Assembly (NCBI GenBank): GCA_021817985.1
Contig: JAKAFK010000005.1
Span: forward strand, 24,156 to 88,155
Source of the DNA: Pseudomonadota bacterium
Lineage (GTDB): Bacteria; Pseudomonadota; Gammaproteobacteria; Burkholderiales; JAKAFK01
Direction: 5' to 3'
Length of the DNA: 64,000 nt
Shown: positions 8,763-16,610 of the stretch, in pieces
Layout of the letters: every line of letters starts with the position of its first letter
Position numbering within the stretch: the stretch's first letter is position 1
Position numbers and translations under genes: made by a program
The notes under the pieces: generated by a model
Seen by the model: only the letters and a program-made list of their open reading frames with translations
Told to the model about the DNA's origin: nothing
Database searches by the model: none

Positions 8763-8803
8763 TTTGACCGGACAGTCCGTAAACCTCGAACTGTCCGGTC
8801 AAA
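8763..8803 (+). terminator. 13-bp perfect-stem hairpin immediately after the scn operon
   Basis: TTTGACCGGACAG (8763-8775) pairs with CTGTCCGGTCAAA (8791-8803) around a 15-nt loop, 4 nt after the stop codon. There is no clear U-tract, so this could be a terminator or a protein-binding site. Confidence 0.45.
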
Positions 8804-8957
8804 GGATTCTCGCAAGATCCTCTGCGGCGCTTGCGCCATGCCTGGGCGGCATGAGTCGATTCAATGGCCGGAAGAACCCGGAACACCGGATCAGGAAGAG
8901 GACCGCCGAGTGTCTATACCGCACCCAGACTGGCGCGCAGCCAACCTGAGGCCGCAT

Positions 8958-8972
8958 GAATCCCAGGGATTC
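8958..8972. promoter_or_regulatory. 15-bp perfect palindrome upstream of the dsrE-like/tusA/sqr-like operon
   Basis: GAATCCC-A-GGGATTC, with flanking GCATG/CATGC partial symmetry, lies about 100 nt upstream of ATG 9073. Confidence 0.25.
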
Positions 8973-9072
8973 CCATGCGCTGTTGCAATGGGCTTAGCCA
9001 CGCCTGCGGCAGCGGCGCAAGAAATGTAATTTTGCTGTTCTACTGATTAGCAGAGAGCGAGATATCATCGGC

Positions 9073-9462
9073 ATGGCAAACAAACTTAGCATCATCTGTG
9101 TGACGGGGACGCGCGAAAAGCTCCAGATGGCTGCGATGTTCGCATCAGTCGCCGCGGCGACTGGCAGTCAGGTTTCAGTGTTCCTTTCCATGAACGCACT
9201 GCCCTACTTCGTCAAGAAGAACACCGAGCCCCCCCCCGGGGAAGGTGTGTTTGGCGAGATCTTGCAGCAACCAGGCGTGCCCCCTTTTAAGCAACTGTTT
9301 CAGCAGGCGGCGGAACTCGGCGATGCCGCGCTACTGCCCTGCTCAATGGCCCTGGACCTCATGAAGATCACGCACGCCGATCTGGATCCGGAACTCGGGC
9401 CGCCCACCGGACTTACACGCTTTCTCGGAGATGCCGAGGGCGGACAACTCCTGACATTTTGA
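9073..9462 (+). CDS. DsrE/DsrF-like sulfur-relay family protein
   Basis: 129-aa ORF. The N-terminus KLSIICVTGTREKLQMAAMFASVAAATG is typical of DsrE-like (DrsE_2) proteins. It lies immediately upstream of a TusA gene. Confidence 0.7.
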   Translation: MANKLSIICVTGTREKLQMAAMFASVAAATGSQVSVFLSMNALPYFVKKNTEPPPGEGVFGEILQQPGVPPFKQLFQQAAELGDAALLPCSMALDLMKITHADLDPELGPPTGLTRFLGDAEGGQLLTF

Positions 9463-9500
9463 GGACGACACGAAATTGAACAGCAAGAGAGGAAATCGGA

Positions 9501-9731
9501 ATGCCTGAGAACAAGATTATCGACGCCTGCAACACATTTTGCCCGGGCCCGCTCATGGAGCTTATTACCTATATGAAGCAGGCCAACGTGGGCGACACCC
9601 TGGAATTGTTGTCCACAGACGAAGGTTCGGCAGCGGATGTTCCTGAATGGATTCATAAGGTGGGCCACGAGGTCGTTAGTAACGAGAACGTGGATGGGAT
9701 CTGGCACATCACGGTCCGCAAGATCAAATGA
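9501..9731 (+). CDS. tusA: TusA/SirA-family sulfurtransferase
   Basis: 76-aa ORF with the conserved CPxP active-site motif (DACNTFCPGPLMEL). GAGAGGAAA precedes the ATG. Confidence 0.8.
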   Translation: MPENKIIDACNTFCPGPLMELITYMKQANVGDTLELLSTDEGSAADVPEWIHKVGHEVVSNENVDGIWHITVRKIK

Positions 9732-9789
9732 CTTTGGGTCCGCACACTGGGTAAGTCGGGCCGTCGCGTAAATTTGCATGGGGAATGTA

Positions 9790-10929
9790 ATGAAAATTCT
9801 AATCGTCGGTGGCGGAACAGGCGGCACGATCCTCGCCAACAGCCAATCCCGCAGGCTCGGGCGCGAGATCCGCGCCGGCAAGGTCGAACTCACTTTGCTC
9901 TCGGCATCCGATCGGCACATGTATCAACCGGGACTGCTCTATGTCGCGTTCGGGCAGATGACGGCCGACGAGCTATACCGAGACGAGGCGAGCTTGCTTG
10001 AACCGGAGGTCGACTTTCATGTCGATCCGGTCGAAAAATTCGCACTTGATGAGAACCAAGTGGTGACCAAGAGCGGCAAGACCTACGGCTACGACATCTT
10101 GGTGATCGCCACCGGTTCGCGCGTTGTGCCGGCCGAGGTCCCGGGCCTCGCGGAGGGGGCCGAGACGTTCTACACCGAAGAGGGTGCTGTGCGTCTCCAC
10201 AAGCGCCTCACGGAGTTTCAGGGTGGCACGGTCGCGATGGTGGTTTCCATTCCGCACAAGTGCCCTGTCGCGCCGGTGGAGGCGATGTTCATGCTGCACG
10301 ACTTTTTCAATGCGCGCGGGATTCGCGACAAGGTGACATTGCGTTATCAGTATCCGACCAATCGTGTTCACGCCACTTCCAATGTCGCCAGCTGGGCGAA
10401 GCCCGAATTTGACAAGGCCGGCATCGAGTACGAGACCCTGTTCAATCTCAAATCGGTCGATCCGGTCAAACAGATCGTCTACAGCGAGGAAGGAACCGAG
10501 GTCAAGTATGACCTTCTGATCGCGGTCCCCCCGCATCGAGGCATGGAGATCGTCGAACAAAACCAGTTGACCCAGAGCGGCTGGATCCCCACCGATCGCT
10601 TCAAGCTCACCATGAACGGTCGGGACAATGTCTACGTGATCGGCGATGCCACCAACATTCCGGTCAGCAAGACCGGATCGGCCGCTCATTTCGAGTCTGA
10701 AGTGGTGACGGCGAACATCGTGGCGCGGATTAAAACGGGGACGGCAAAGCCTGTTCGCACATATGACGGCAAAGTCTACTGCTTTATCGAGGCGGGTTTT
10801 GACCGTGCCACCTACAATGCATTCGATTACGTCAACCTCCCCCCACTGAAGCCGCCATCAAAATCCATTCACTGGTTCAAGATGGCATACAACCAGATGT
10901 ACTGGACAAGCGTCCGCGGCCTGCTCTGA
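9790..10929 (+). CDS. sulfide:quinone oxidoreductase-like FAD-dependent pyridine nucleotide-disulfide oxidoreductase
   Basis: Track ORF 9778..10929. The ATG at 9790 gives MKILIVGGGTGGT (dinucleotide-binding GxGxxG). SQR-like Cys motifs HKCPVAP and VYCFIEAG are present. Confidence 0.75.
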   Translation: MKILIVGGGTGGTILANSQSRRLGREIRAGKVELTLLSASDRHMYQPGLLYVAFGQMTADELYRDEASLLEPEVDFHVDPVEKFALDENQVVTKSGKTYGYDILVIATGSRVVPAEVPGLAEGAETFYTEEGAVRLHKRLTEFQGGTVAMVVSIPHKCPVAPVEAMFMLHDFFNARGIRDKVTLRYQYPTNRVHATSNVASWAKPEFDKAGIEYETLFNLKSVDPVKQIVYSEEGTEVKYDLLIAVPPHRGMEIVEQNQLTQSGWIPTDRFKLTMNGRDNVYVIGDATNIPVSKTGSAAHFESEVVTANIVARIKTGTAKPVRTYDGKVYCFIEAGFDRATYNAFDYVNLPPLKPPSKSIHWFKMAYNQMYWTSVRGLL

Positions 10930-10941
10930 GGAAGCCCACAC

Positions 10942-11364
10942 ATGAACTCCAACGTCGAAATTCCAAACGAAGCCATCGCCAGAGAGGATCTTCAACAGAT
11001 CGTTGAAATCGCGCACTTCATTGCGGCAGCCCAGGGGGCCATGTCGGACGAGATGGTGACGCGTATCGCAAGGACAATGAGCGAGGGCATCAATCAACTC
11101 GACCGACTGACGCGAAACGAAGGCCTCATGTACCTGCTGCAGGTCATCAACCGTGAGGAAAGCCAGCGCCTGCTGTTCGCGCTGGCAGAACTCCTCGGTG
11201 CACTTTGTGAAGACGTCGCAGGGAGCGCGCCATCATCCGGTGGCCTCGGTGGCATACTTCGTCTGGCGCGCGAACCGGGGACCCAGGAAGGTCTGCGGCT
11301 GCTTTCCCTGGTCGGCACGCACCTGTGCCACAACCTTCGCGAGCCGCGTCGCGGCCTTGAATGA
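10942..11364 (+). CDS. DUF1641-domain protein (usual partner of SQR-like flavoproteins)
   Basis: 140-aa ORF that starts 12 nt after the flavoprotein stop, behind GAGGAAG. I recognise the family from memory of the conserved pairing and sequence style, and I have not verified it. Confidence 0.6.
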   Translation: MNSNVEIPNEAIAREDLQQIVEIAHFIAAAQGAMSDEMVTRIARTMSEGINQLDRLTRNEGLMYLLQVINREESQRLLFALAELLGALCEDVAGSAPSSGGLGGILRLAREPGTQEGLRLLSLVGTHLCHNLREPRRGLE

Positions 11365-11391
11365 CCGGCTCGCGTTGCAGGTGGTACGACA

Positions 11392-11422
11392 AAATGCGGC
11401 CCAGTGACGAGGGGCCGCATTT
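11392..11422 (+). terminator. stem-loop terminator candidate after the DUF1641 gene
   Basis: AAATGCGGCC (11392-11401) pairs with GGCCGCATTT (11413-11422): a 10-bp perfect stem with an 11-nt loop, 27 nt after the stop. Only a short T run follows. Confidence 0.5.
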
Positions 11423-11623
11423 CCCGGATGACGCCGCGTCTCGGCTTGGGTCGAACGGCCATGGGTGCCTTCGAGACGCGCGTTTGCATGAGACGGTGTT
11501 GTTGGACGGACTGGCCATGAGCAAACGCATCGAATAGCTGTTCCTCCCCGAAGGCGCGTGCCGCGAGTGCGTGCCTTCGAAGCCTGCGACATGGCGCTTG
11601 CGCGATGTCGCGACCCTTCTTGA

Positions 11624-11959
11624 GGCAGGTTACACTGCCTCTCTTTTTTGTGTGCCCAACATGGGTTGAATCGTCTCGCCCAGGTCCTGCGCATGGCGGC
11701 GTTCTCCTTAAGCGGCAGCAAATCTTCCCTGGGTGCCTATTACCGGCGTCTTGCTGCGCGGTTGGACAAAGCCATCACCGCCACCGCCCACAAGCTCGCC
11801 CGCCTGATCTACGCTCTTATGACGAGAAGGGCCGAATACGTCGACCAGGGACAGGACTATTACGACGAACGATACCGCCAACGTGTCGTTCACCACCTCA
11901 GCCGGCGCGCCGCTTCCACGGGCTTCCGCCTGACGCGCATCGAACCGGAGGCGGCGTGA
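11624..11959 (+). mobile_element. IS110-family transposase C-terminal fragment (remnant)
   Basis: The translation ...LRMAAFSLSGSKSSLGAYYRRLAARLDKAITATAHKLARLIYALMTRRAEYVDQGQDYYDERYRQR... matches only the C-terminal region of IS110/IS1111-type transposases. The frame opens just after a stop at 11621-11623, and no N-terminal catalytic part is present. Confidence 0.7.
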
Positions 11960-12360
11960 TTTATAGCCATACAATCAATGAATCCATTGCTGTTTCCGGA
12001 AGTTCTACTTTGTATGCGCCGTGAGAAGGCGCCATCTCTCAGTGATCAACGACAGGCCGCGGCAGGCATACCGCTGCCTGGTCCTGGCGGCATGCTGTGA
12101 GAAGAAAAAGAGAGGGAAAGTGGTCTGCTCGCCGGTGGAGCTATGGACCACTGACATCAATGGGAAAGTCGACGATCGGGGTTGGTGCGAAAACTGGCGA
12201 ATCGCTGACACAGCAGCCGACGGCACCATTTTTTTTTGGGCTTGGCGCAGGGAACATCGTCTGCCGCAGCGCTATAGGTCGCACTCGTCCAAAACCTGCC
12301 CGATGAGCGGTTACGGCGCACCGCGACGCGGCGACGCCCCATCACACCTCACTCCATCGG

Positions 12361-13098
12361 TTACGCGATCACGCAATCTGTACAAGGGGACGCACACAAC
12401 CGTCTGCGCAGCAAATCGACCCGAATAGGCATCAAGAAATCCGCCCCATTGGCCGTCATATGCCTGGCAAATCGGGTACGTACCTCAGCCAGGAGTTCAG
12501 GAGACAAATCGTGGCGAGTATGGGTCACCTTGATAATGTCTGCTTCGAAGTGCTCGAAATTGTCAAAATGCATGGGCGTGCTGAAGAATTCCTGTTGGAC
12601 AAGGTCGAGCATGCCAGAGCTTACCGCATGACGCACGGTATTGAACGCCGCTTCCCGGACTACGCCTTCGTCGTGAAAAAGCCGCAGGATGTCGTTGAAC
12701 GCTCCCGCGTATACCGGCTCGGAGATATAGGCAAGTCCGCCCGGTCTCAACACCCTGCGGATCTCGGAAAGCGCCTTCTCCATCTGGTCCATCGGAACAT
12801 GGTGCAAGGATTTGAACATCAGGACAATATCAAAGCTCCCATCGGGCGCTGGAATGGCTTGCGCGCCACCCAGTTCGAAGCGAACGTTGGGCAAGTCCTC
12901 GAGCAGTTGGTTCTTGTAATGTTGGATCTCATCCACTTCAAGCGCGACGATGTGGGCTACCCTGCCCGTTTTCGCGATCATTTGCGTCTTTTCCGCTTTC
13001 CCGCAACCCAGCTCTATGATTCGTGCATTTTCCAAGGGCAGCAGGCGCTCGTAGATTTCCCGCTCCTCACACACAGGCCCCGGCCTCATTAGTTCCAT
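12361..13098 (-). CDS. class I SAM-dependent methyltransferase
   Basis: Lies within track ORF 12361..13161, with the start taken at ATG 13098. It has motif I (IIELGCGKAEKT) and a post-I/II region (VLRPGGLAYISEP). Confidence 0.75.
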   Translation of the reverse strand: MELMRPGPVCEEREIYERLLPLENARIIELGCGKAEKTQMIAKTGRVAHIVALEVDEIQHYKNQLLEDLPNVRFELGGAQAIPAPDGSFDIVLMFKSLHHVPMDQMEKALSEIRRVLRPGGLAYISEPVYAGAFNDILRLFHDEGVVREAAFNTVRHAVSSGMLDLVQQEFFSTPMHFDNFEHFEADIIKVTHTRHDLSPELLAEVRTRFARHMTANGADFLMPIRVDLLRRRLCASPCTDCVIA

Positions 13099-13395
13099 AT
13101 GATTCACTCTTGTCGTGCCTCCTTCCCAGGAAGACCTTCCAGTGCGTAGCGTCTTCGCCACCGCATGCAGTCAGAATACACGTCAGAACACGCGGGCCCA
13201 ATGAAAAAATGAGAACTCTCGCATAGCCCGTCGAACCGACGACCAAGAGCGCCAGTTTCCCCGAAGTGTGGCGCCGGCCAGTAGGGAAGGAATGAAGCCA
13301 CGAATGAATTGGCAGACGGATCCTTCTTGAATCGCGCGGGCACACGGGCGAAGCGCCGGCGAACCATGCTCCGCCCGTGTCACGGAATCATCACG

Positions 13396-15180
13396 TCACT
13401 TGCCGCGCTTGCTTCCCCCGGATACGCTGACGACATTGCCCCGGCTGCCCTGCCCTGCCATGACCGCCACCGGCGCAACGGCGGCCTGGTCGATAACCAC
13501 ATCCAGAACTGCCGGTCGGTTGGCATCTAGGGCTTTGTTGATGGCGATCCGGATGTCCTTCGGGTCGGTCACCCGCGCCACCCAGGCCCCCATTTCTCGC
13601 GCCATATTGGCGAAATTCGTTCCGCCGAATACCGACAGCTTGTCCAGATCACGTGAATCTGGCCAAACCGAACGCAGGAAATGGGTCTGGAACGCCATGG
13701 CCTGGTTGTTGAGGACTACCGTCACGAGATTGATTCCGTTCCGTACGGCCGTCTCGAGCTCCGTCAGGTGGTAGAAGAACCCGCCGTCGCCCGTGAACGC
13801 TACCACGGGGCGCTCCGGTGCGGCCGCCTTGGCCCCGATCGCTGCCGGAAACGCCCATCCGAGGCTGCCTTCGCAATGAAGCATATTCTTTCCTGCCGGA
13901 AGATCCATATACACCCCGGCCCAGGTGCCTGCATAGCCCGTGTCCGTCACGTAGAGCGTATCGGACGGGCATGCATTCACGACTTCCGTCGCCAGTCGCT
14001 CCGGCCGGATAGGTGAAGCATCGCTGTGGATCTGGCGAGATTCCAGTTCTCGCCATTCCCGCACGGCCTTCTGCACTCGGGCGACCCATGGCCCATGCGT
14101 ATGCCGCTTTGACGAACGCGCCACGCCCAACATTTGGCGCAAGACTGTCCGTGCATCGCCCACCAGTGGCAACACGTTGGGATAATTCGCACCCGGCTGC
14201 GCAGGATTGATGTCGATATGGATGGACCGCACTCCGGGCCTTGGCGATTGCCTGCACTCTGTCTTCGCGCCACCGTGATGGCACCCCACATACAGCACCA
14301 GATCCGTCTCGGCGATCGCTTGGTCAGTGGACGGACGCCGGTAGGAACCCGTCACGCCGAGCGCCAGAGGATGCCGATCGTCGATACTGCCCTTGCCTCC
14401 CAGCGTGGTCGTCACCGGCACGTCCAGCAGCTCGGCAAGTGCCGTTACTTCGGCCCACGCGCTGGAAACGATCGCTCCCCGACCGCAAACCATCATAGGA
14501 CGCTCCGCACGCTGAAGCTCCGCCACAGCCTGCTCCACCATCTCATCCTCGGCACGTGGCCGAAACGCCGGGTAGGAAAAGTAGCGCCGGTCCAAGAATC
14601 GGAAATCGAATTCCGTCTCCTCGGATTCCAACGCCCCGTCCAAGTATAAATGTACGGGGCGGGGTGCACCCGTCGTCATCTCCCGGTAAGCTTTGCCGAA
14701 AAACTCCGCCATTCGTTCTATCGTGCGCACGTCGGCATCGTATTTAGTGACCGGACGAAAATCGACATAGGCTTCCTGATAGGAGTTCCCATGGTAACGG
14801 GCACTCGGAAGAACAGGGGTTACCGCCAATACGGGCGTATTGCTTTGCCAAGCGTCGACAAGACCGGCATAGAGATTGGTTGCTCCCGGTCCCCCCTGTG
14901 CAATGACGATCCCCGGCATCCCTGAGGCCTGCGCGTAGCCGTCGGCCATGTACCCAGCGGCCTTCTCCGAGTGACACAAGACGCGCTTGATCGGATCGTC
15001 AGCCAATTCGACCAGCGTCGGATACAGGAACGTGGGCACGAAGAACAACGCCTTTGCTCCCGAGCGGCGCACCAACTCGGCTAAAAATTGCTGCCCCTTC
15101 ATCGTCCGACAGGGATGCTCGTCGACGGCATGCTCCCCTGCCGAATAGTGGCTCACTTCCGTGGTTGCCAGTCTGTTCAA
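13396..15180 (-). CDS. thiamine-pyrophosphate-dependent enzyme (acetolactate synthase large-subunit-like)
   Basis: 594-aa ORF. The TTG start at 15180 lies 7 nt after GAGGAGG. The protein has a TPP-enzyme N-terminal domain (IAQGGPGATNLYAGLVDAWQSNTPVL) and a C-terminal TPP-binding motif (TGDGGFFYHLTELETAVRNGINL...VLNN). Confidence 0.85.
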   Translation of the reverse strand: MNRLATTEVSHYSAGEHAVDEHPCRTMKGQQFLAELVRRSGAKALFFVPTFLYPTLVELADDPIKRVLCHSEKAAGYMADGYAQASGMPGIVIAQGGPGATNLYAGLVDAWQSNTPVLAVTPVLPSARYHGNSYQEAYVDFRPVTKYDADVRTIERMAEFFGKAYREMTTGAPRPVHLYLDGALESEETEFDFRFLDRRYFSYPAFRPRAEDEMVEQAVAELQRAERPMMVCGRGAIVSSAWAEVTALAELLDVPVTTTLGGKGSIDDRHPLALGVTGSYRRPSTDQAIAETDLVLYVGCHHGGAKTECRQSPRPGVRSIHIDINPAQPGANYPNVLPLVGDARTVLRQMLGVARSSKRHTHGPWVARVQKAVREWRELESRQIHSDASPIRPERLATEVVNACPSDTLYVTDTGYAGTWAGVYMDLPAGKNMLHCEGSLGWAFPAAIGAKAAAPERPVVAFTGDGGFFYHLTELETAVRNGINLVTVVLNNQAMAFQTHFLRSVWPDSRDLDKLSVFGGTNFANMAREMGAWVARVTDPKDIRIAINKALDANRPAVLDVVIDQAAVAPVAVMAGQGSRGNVVSVSGGSKRGK

Positions 15181-15347
15181 CTTAATACCTCCTCTCGCGT
15201 CCCTGTTCCCGAAAACTCATCGCCTGCCTGGCACGCAGTGTCACAAACGTCCTGGGCCTTCGATGCCCGCGTGCCGACGAGAATGTGCCTGGTGCCGGTG
15301 TTCTCGAAGCCGTGGATACGATGGCGCATTCCGTCTGCCATCCGTGA

Positions 15348-15743
15348 TCAACAGGCCTCGCGATCCTGAATCGGCCGGAGCTCTCTGGCGATCTCAGCGA
15401 CATGCGGATAGATGCGCTCCACATCGCTCTCTTCCGCGTAATGGCCATAGCGCTTCTTGAGGCCGGGTTCCTGCAACTGCAGGTATCGGTCCGGCTGAAC
15501 GCCGTGACGCTTCAGCGTGTTCCGGACACAGGCCAAGGGGCAGCCGTCCAGGCCAAGGATCGGGCGACCGGATTTCGCCTGACTCACGAAGCTCTCAACG
15601 TCGCCACCGACCCCGGCAATGCACGACATCTGGGCTTCACCCTCCCGGTCCAGGCGCAATGCCACAGCATTGGCGAGCTGCGCCAAGCTCGAACATCCGG
15701 AGCAGCTATACACCAACGGACGATCCACCAGTTCTCTTGCCAT
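15348..15743 (-). CDS. DGC-domain putative zinc-binding protein
   Basis: Track ORF 15348..15776 starts at GTG. The ATG at 15743 lies 4 nt after GGAGGA. Cys-rich motifs CSGCS, MSCIAGVGG and the family-naming LDGCPLAC are present. Confidence 0.7.
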   Translation of the reverse strand: MARELVDRPLVYSCSGCSSLAQLANAVALRLDREGEAQMSCIAGVGGDVESFVSQAKSGRPILGLDGCPLACVRNTLKRHGVQPDRYLQLQEPGLKKRYGHYAEESDVERIYPHVAEIARELRPIQDREAC

Positions 15744-15844
15744 AATATCCTCCGAAAAACATTGATACTCCGTCACGGGGGCACCCGGCGCATCTGGAAC
15801 CCGAGATGGTCACGGACCGCCCCACCACAACATCGCAATTTGAA

Positions 15845-16204
15845 CTACGCGGGTTCGAGCCACCGTTCAGGTATCTCCACCTGAACCGTATCGGTCTCAT
15901 TGACCTCTGGTGACTCGCCCCACAACTCGCTGTGCAGGAAATCCAGCACATAGAACCATTCGACCACGTCGAGATGACCCCAAGCCTCGTCTTCAGGCGC
16001 AGGACTCTCGTAAGCCAGGGCCGTCACGACTCCGACCTTTCCGCGGACATATCCCGGGGTTTGGTTGTAGAAGATGTCGGGAAGATCCCGAATTCGCAGG
16101 CGATCGCCGATCTGGAATTTCGGAGGGCCTCCCGCCTTGCCCTTGTAGCACTGGGGATCCCCCACGCCCTTGGCGATTTCAACTGGCGGATTAACGCTTT
16201 TCAT
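15845..16204 (-). CDS. ScnA-like protein (second copy; C-terminal half of NHase beta)
   Basis: 119-aa intact ORF. By manual alignment it is more than half identical to ScnA at 7185..7556 (GDPQCYKGKAG...DLPDIFY...YESPAPEDEAW...ERWLEPA). It overlaps the upstream ScnB-like gene by 14 nt. Confidence 0.8.
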   Translation of the reverse strand: MKSVNPPVEIAKGVGDPQCYKGKAGGPPKFQIGDRLRIRDLPDIFYNQTPGYVRGKVGVVTALAYESPAPEDEAWGHLDVVEWFYVLDFLHSELWGESPEVNETDTVQVEIPERWLEPA

Positions 16205-16574
16205 TTCGCTTTTTCACCTCCTCGATTTTATTCGTCAGCTCGGTCAACGTGATGTGCTGCTTGTCGAGCATCACCCGTGCGGCGGACACGAGCCAGCGGC
16301 CGTAATAGGGCAAACCCAGATACTGCGTCTGGCCGAGGTCCGCGTGCCGCCGATGCTTCTCCACAGTGTTCCACACGCCGCGCCAAGCCAGGCACTCGCA
16401 AGTCACGAAAGTGCTCGTTTCCCATTTCTTCGAAACCCGTTCCTCGATGCGGATGGGGCCTCCTTCCTCTCCCCCGAGGTCATGGACAGTCCGCATCATT
16501 TCCTTGAAATCGGAACTATCAAAAAAATCCGGACTGGGCGTTTGCTCCATCTTTGATGCGCTATTGGATGTCAT
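16191..16574 (-). CDS. ScnB-like protein (second copy; N-terminal half of NHase beta)
   Basis: 127-aa intact ORF. The ATG at 16574 lies 7 nt after AGAGGA. By manual alignment its core (VHDLGGE...TCECLAWRGVWN...YLGLPYYGRWL...TLTEL.NKIEEVKKR) is roughly two-thirds identical to ScnB at 6761..7195. Confidence 0.8.
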   Translation of the reverse strand: MTSNSASKMEQTPSPDFFDSSDFKEMMRTVHDLGGEEGGPIRIEERVSKKWETSTFVTCECLAWRGVWNTVEKHRRHADLGQTQYLGLPYYGRWLVSAARVMLDKQHITLTELTNKIEEVKKRNEKR

Positions 16575-16610
16575 GGTCGGATCCTCTTCTGTTCATGTAT
16601 GCCACCTCAT

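Noticed and set aside
12229-12237. Run of nine T residues, unusual in this GC-rich sequence, in the unassigned region 11960-12360
   Set aside because: It is preceded only by a weak 4-bp stem, so it is not a convincing intrinsic terminator. No ORF or repeat partner was identified. It is probably part of the IS-associated debris.
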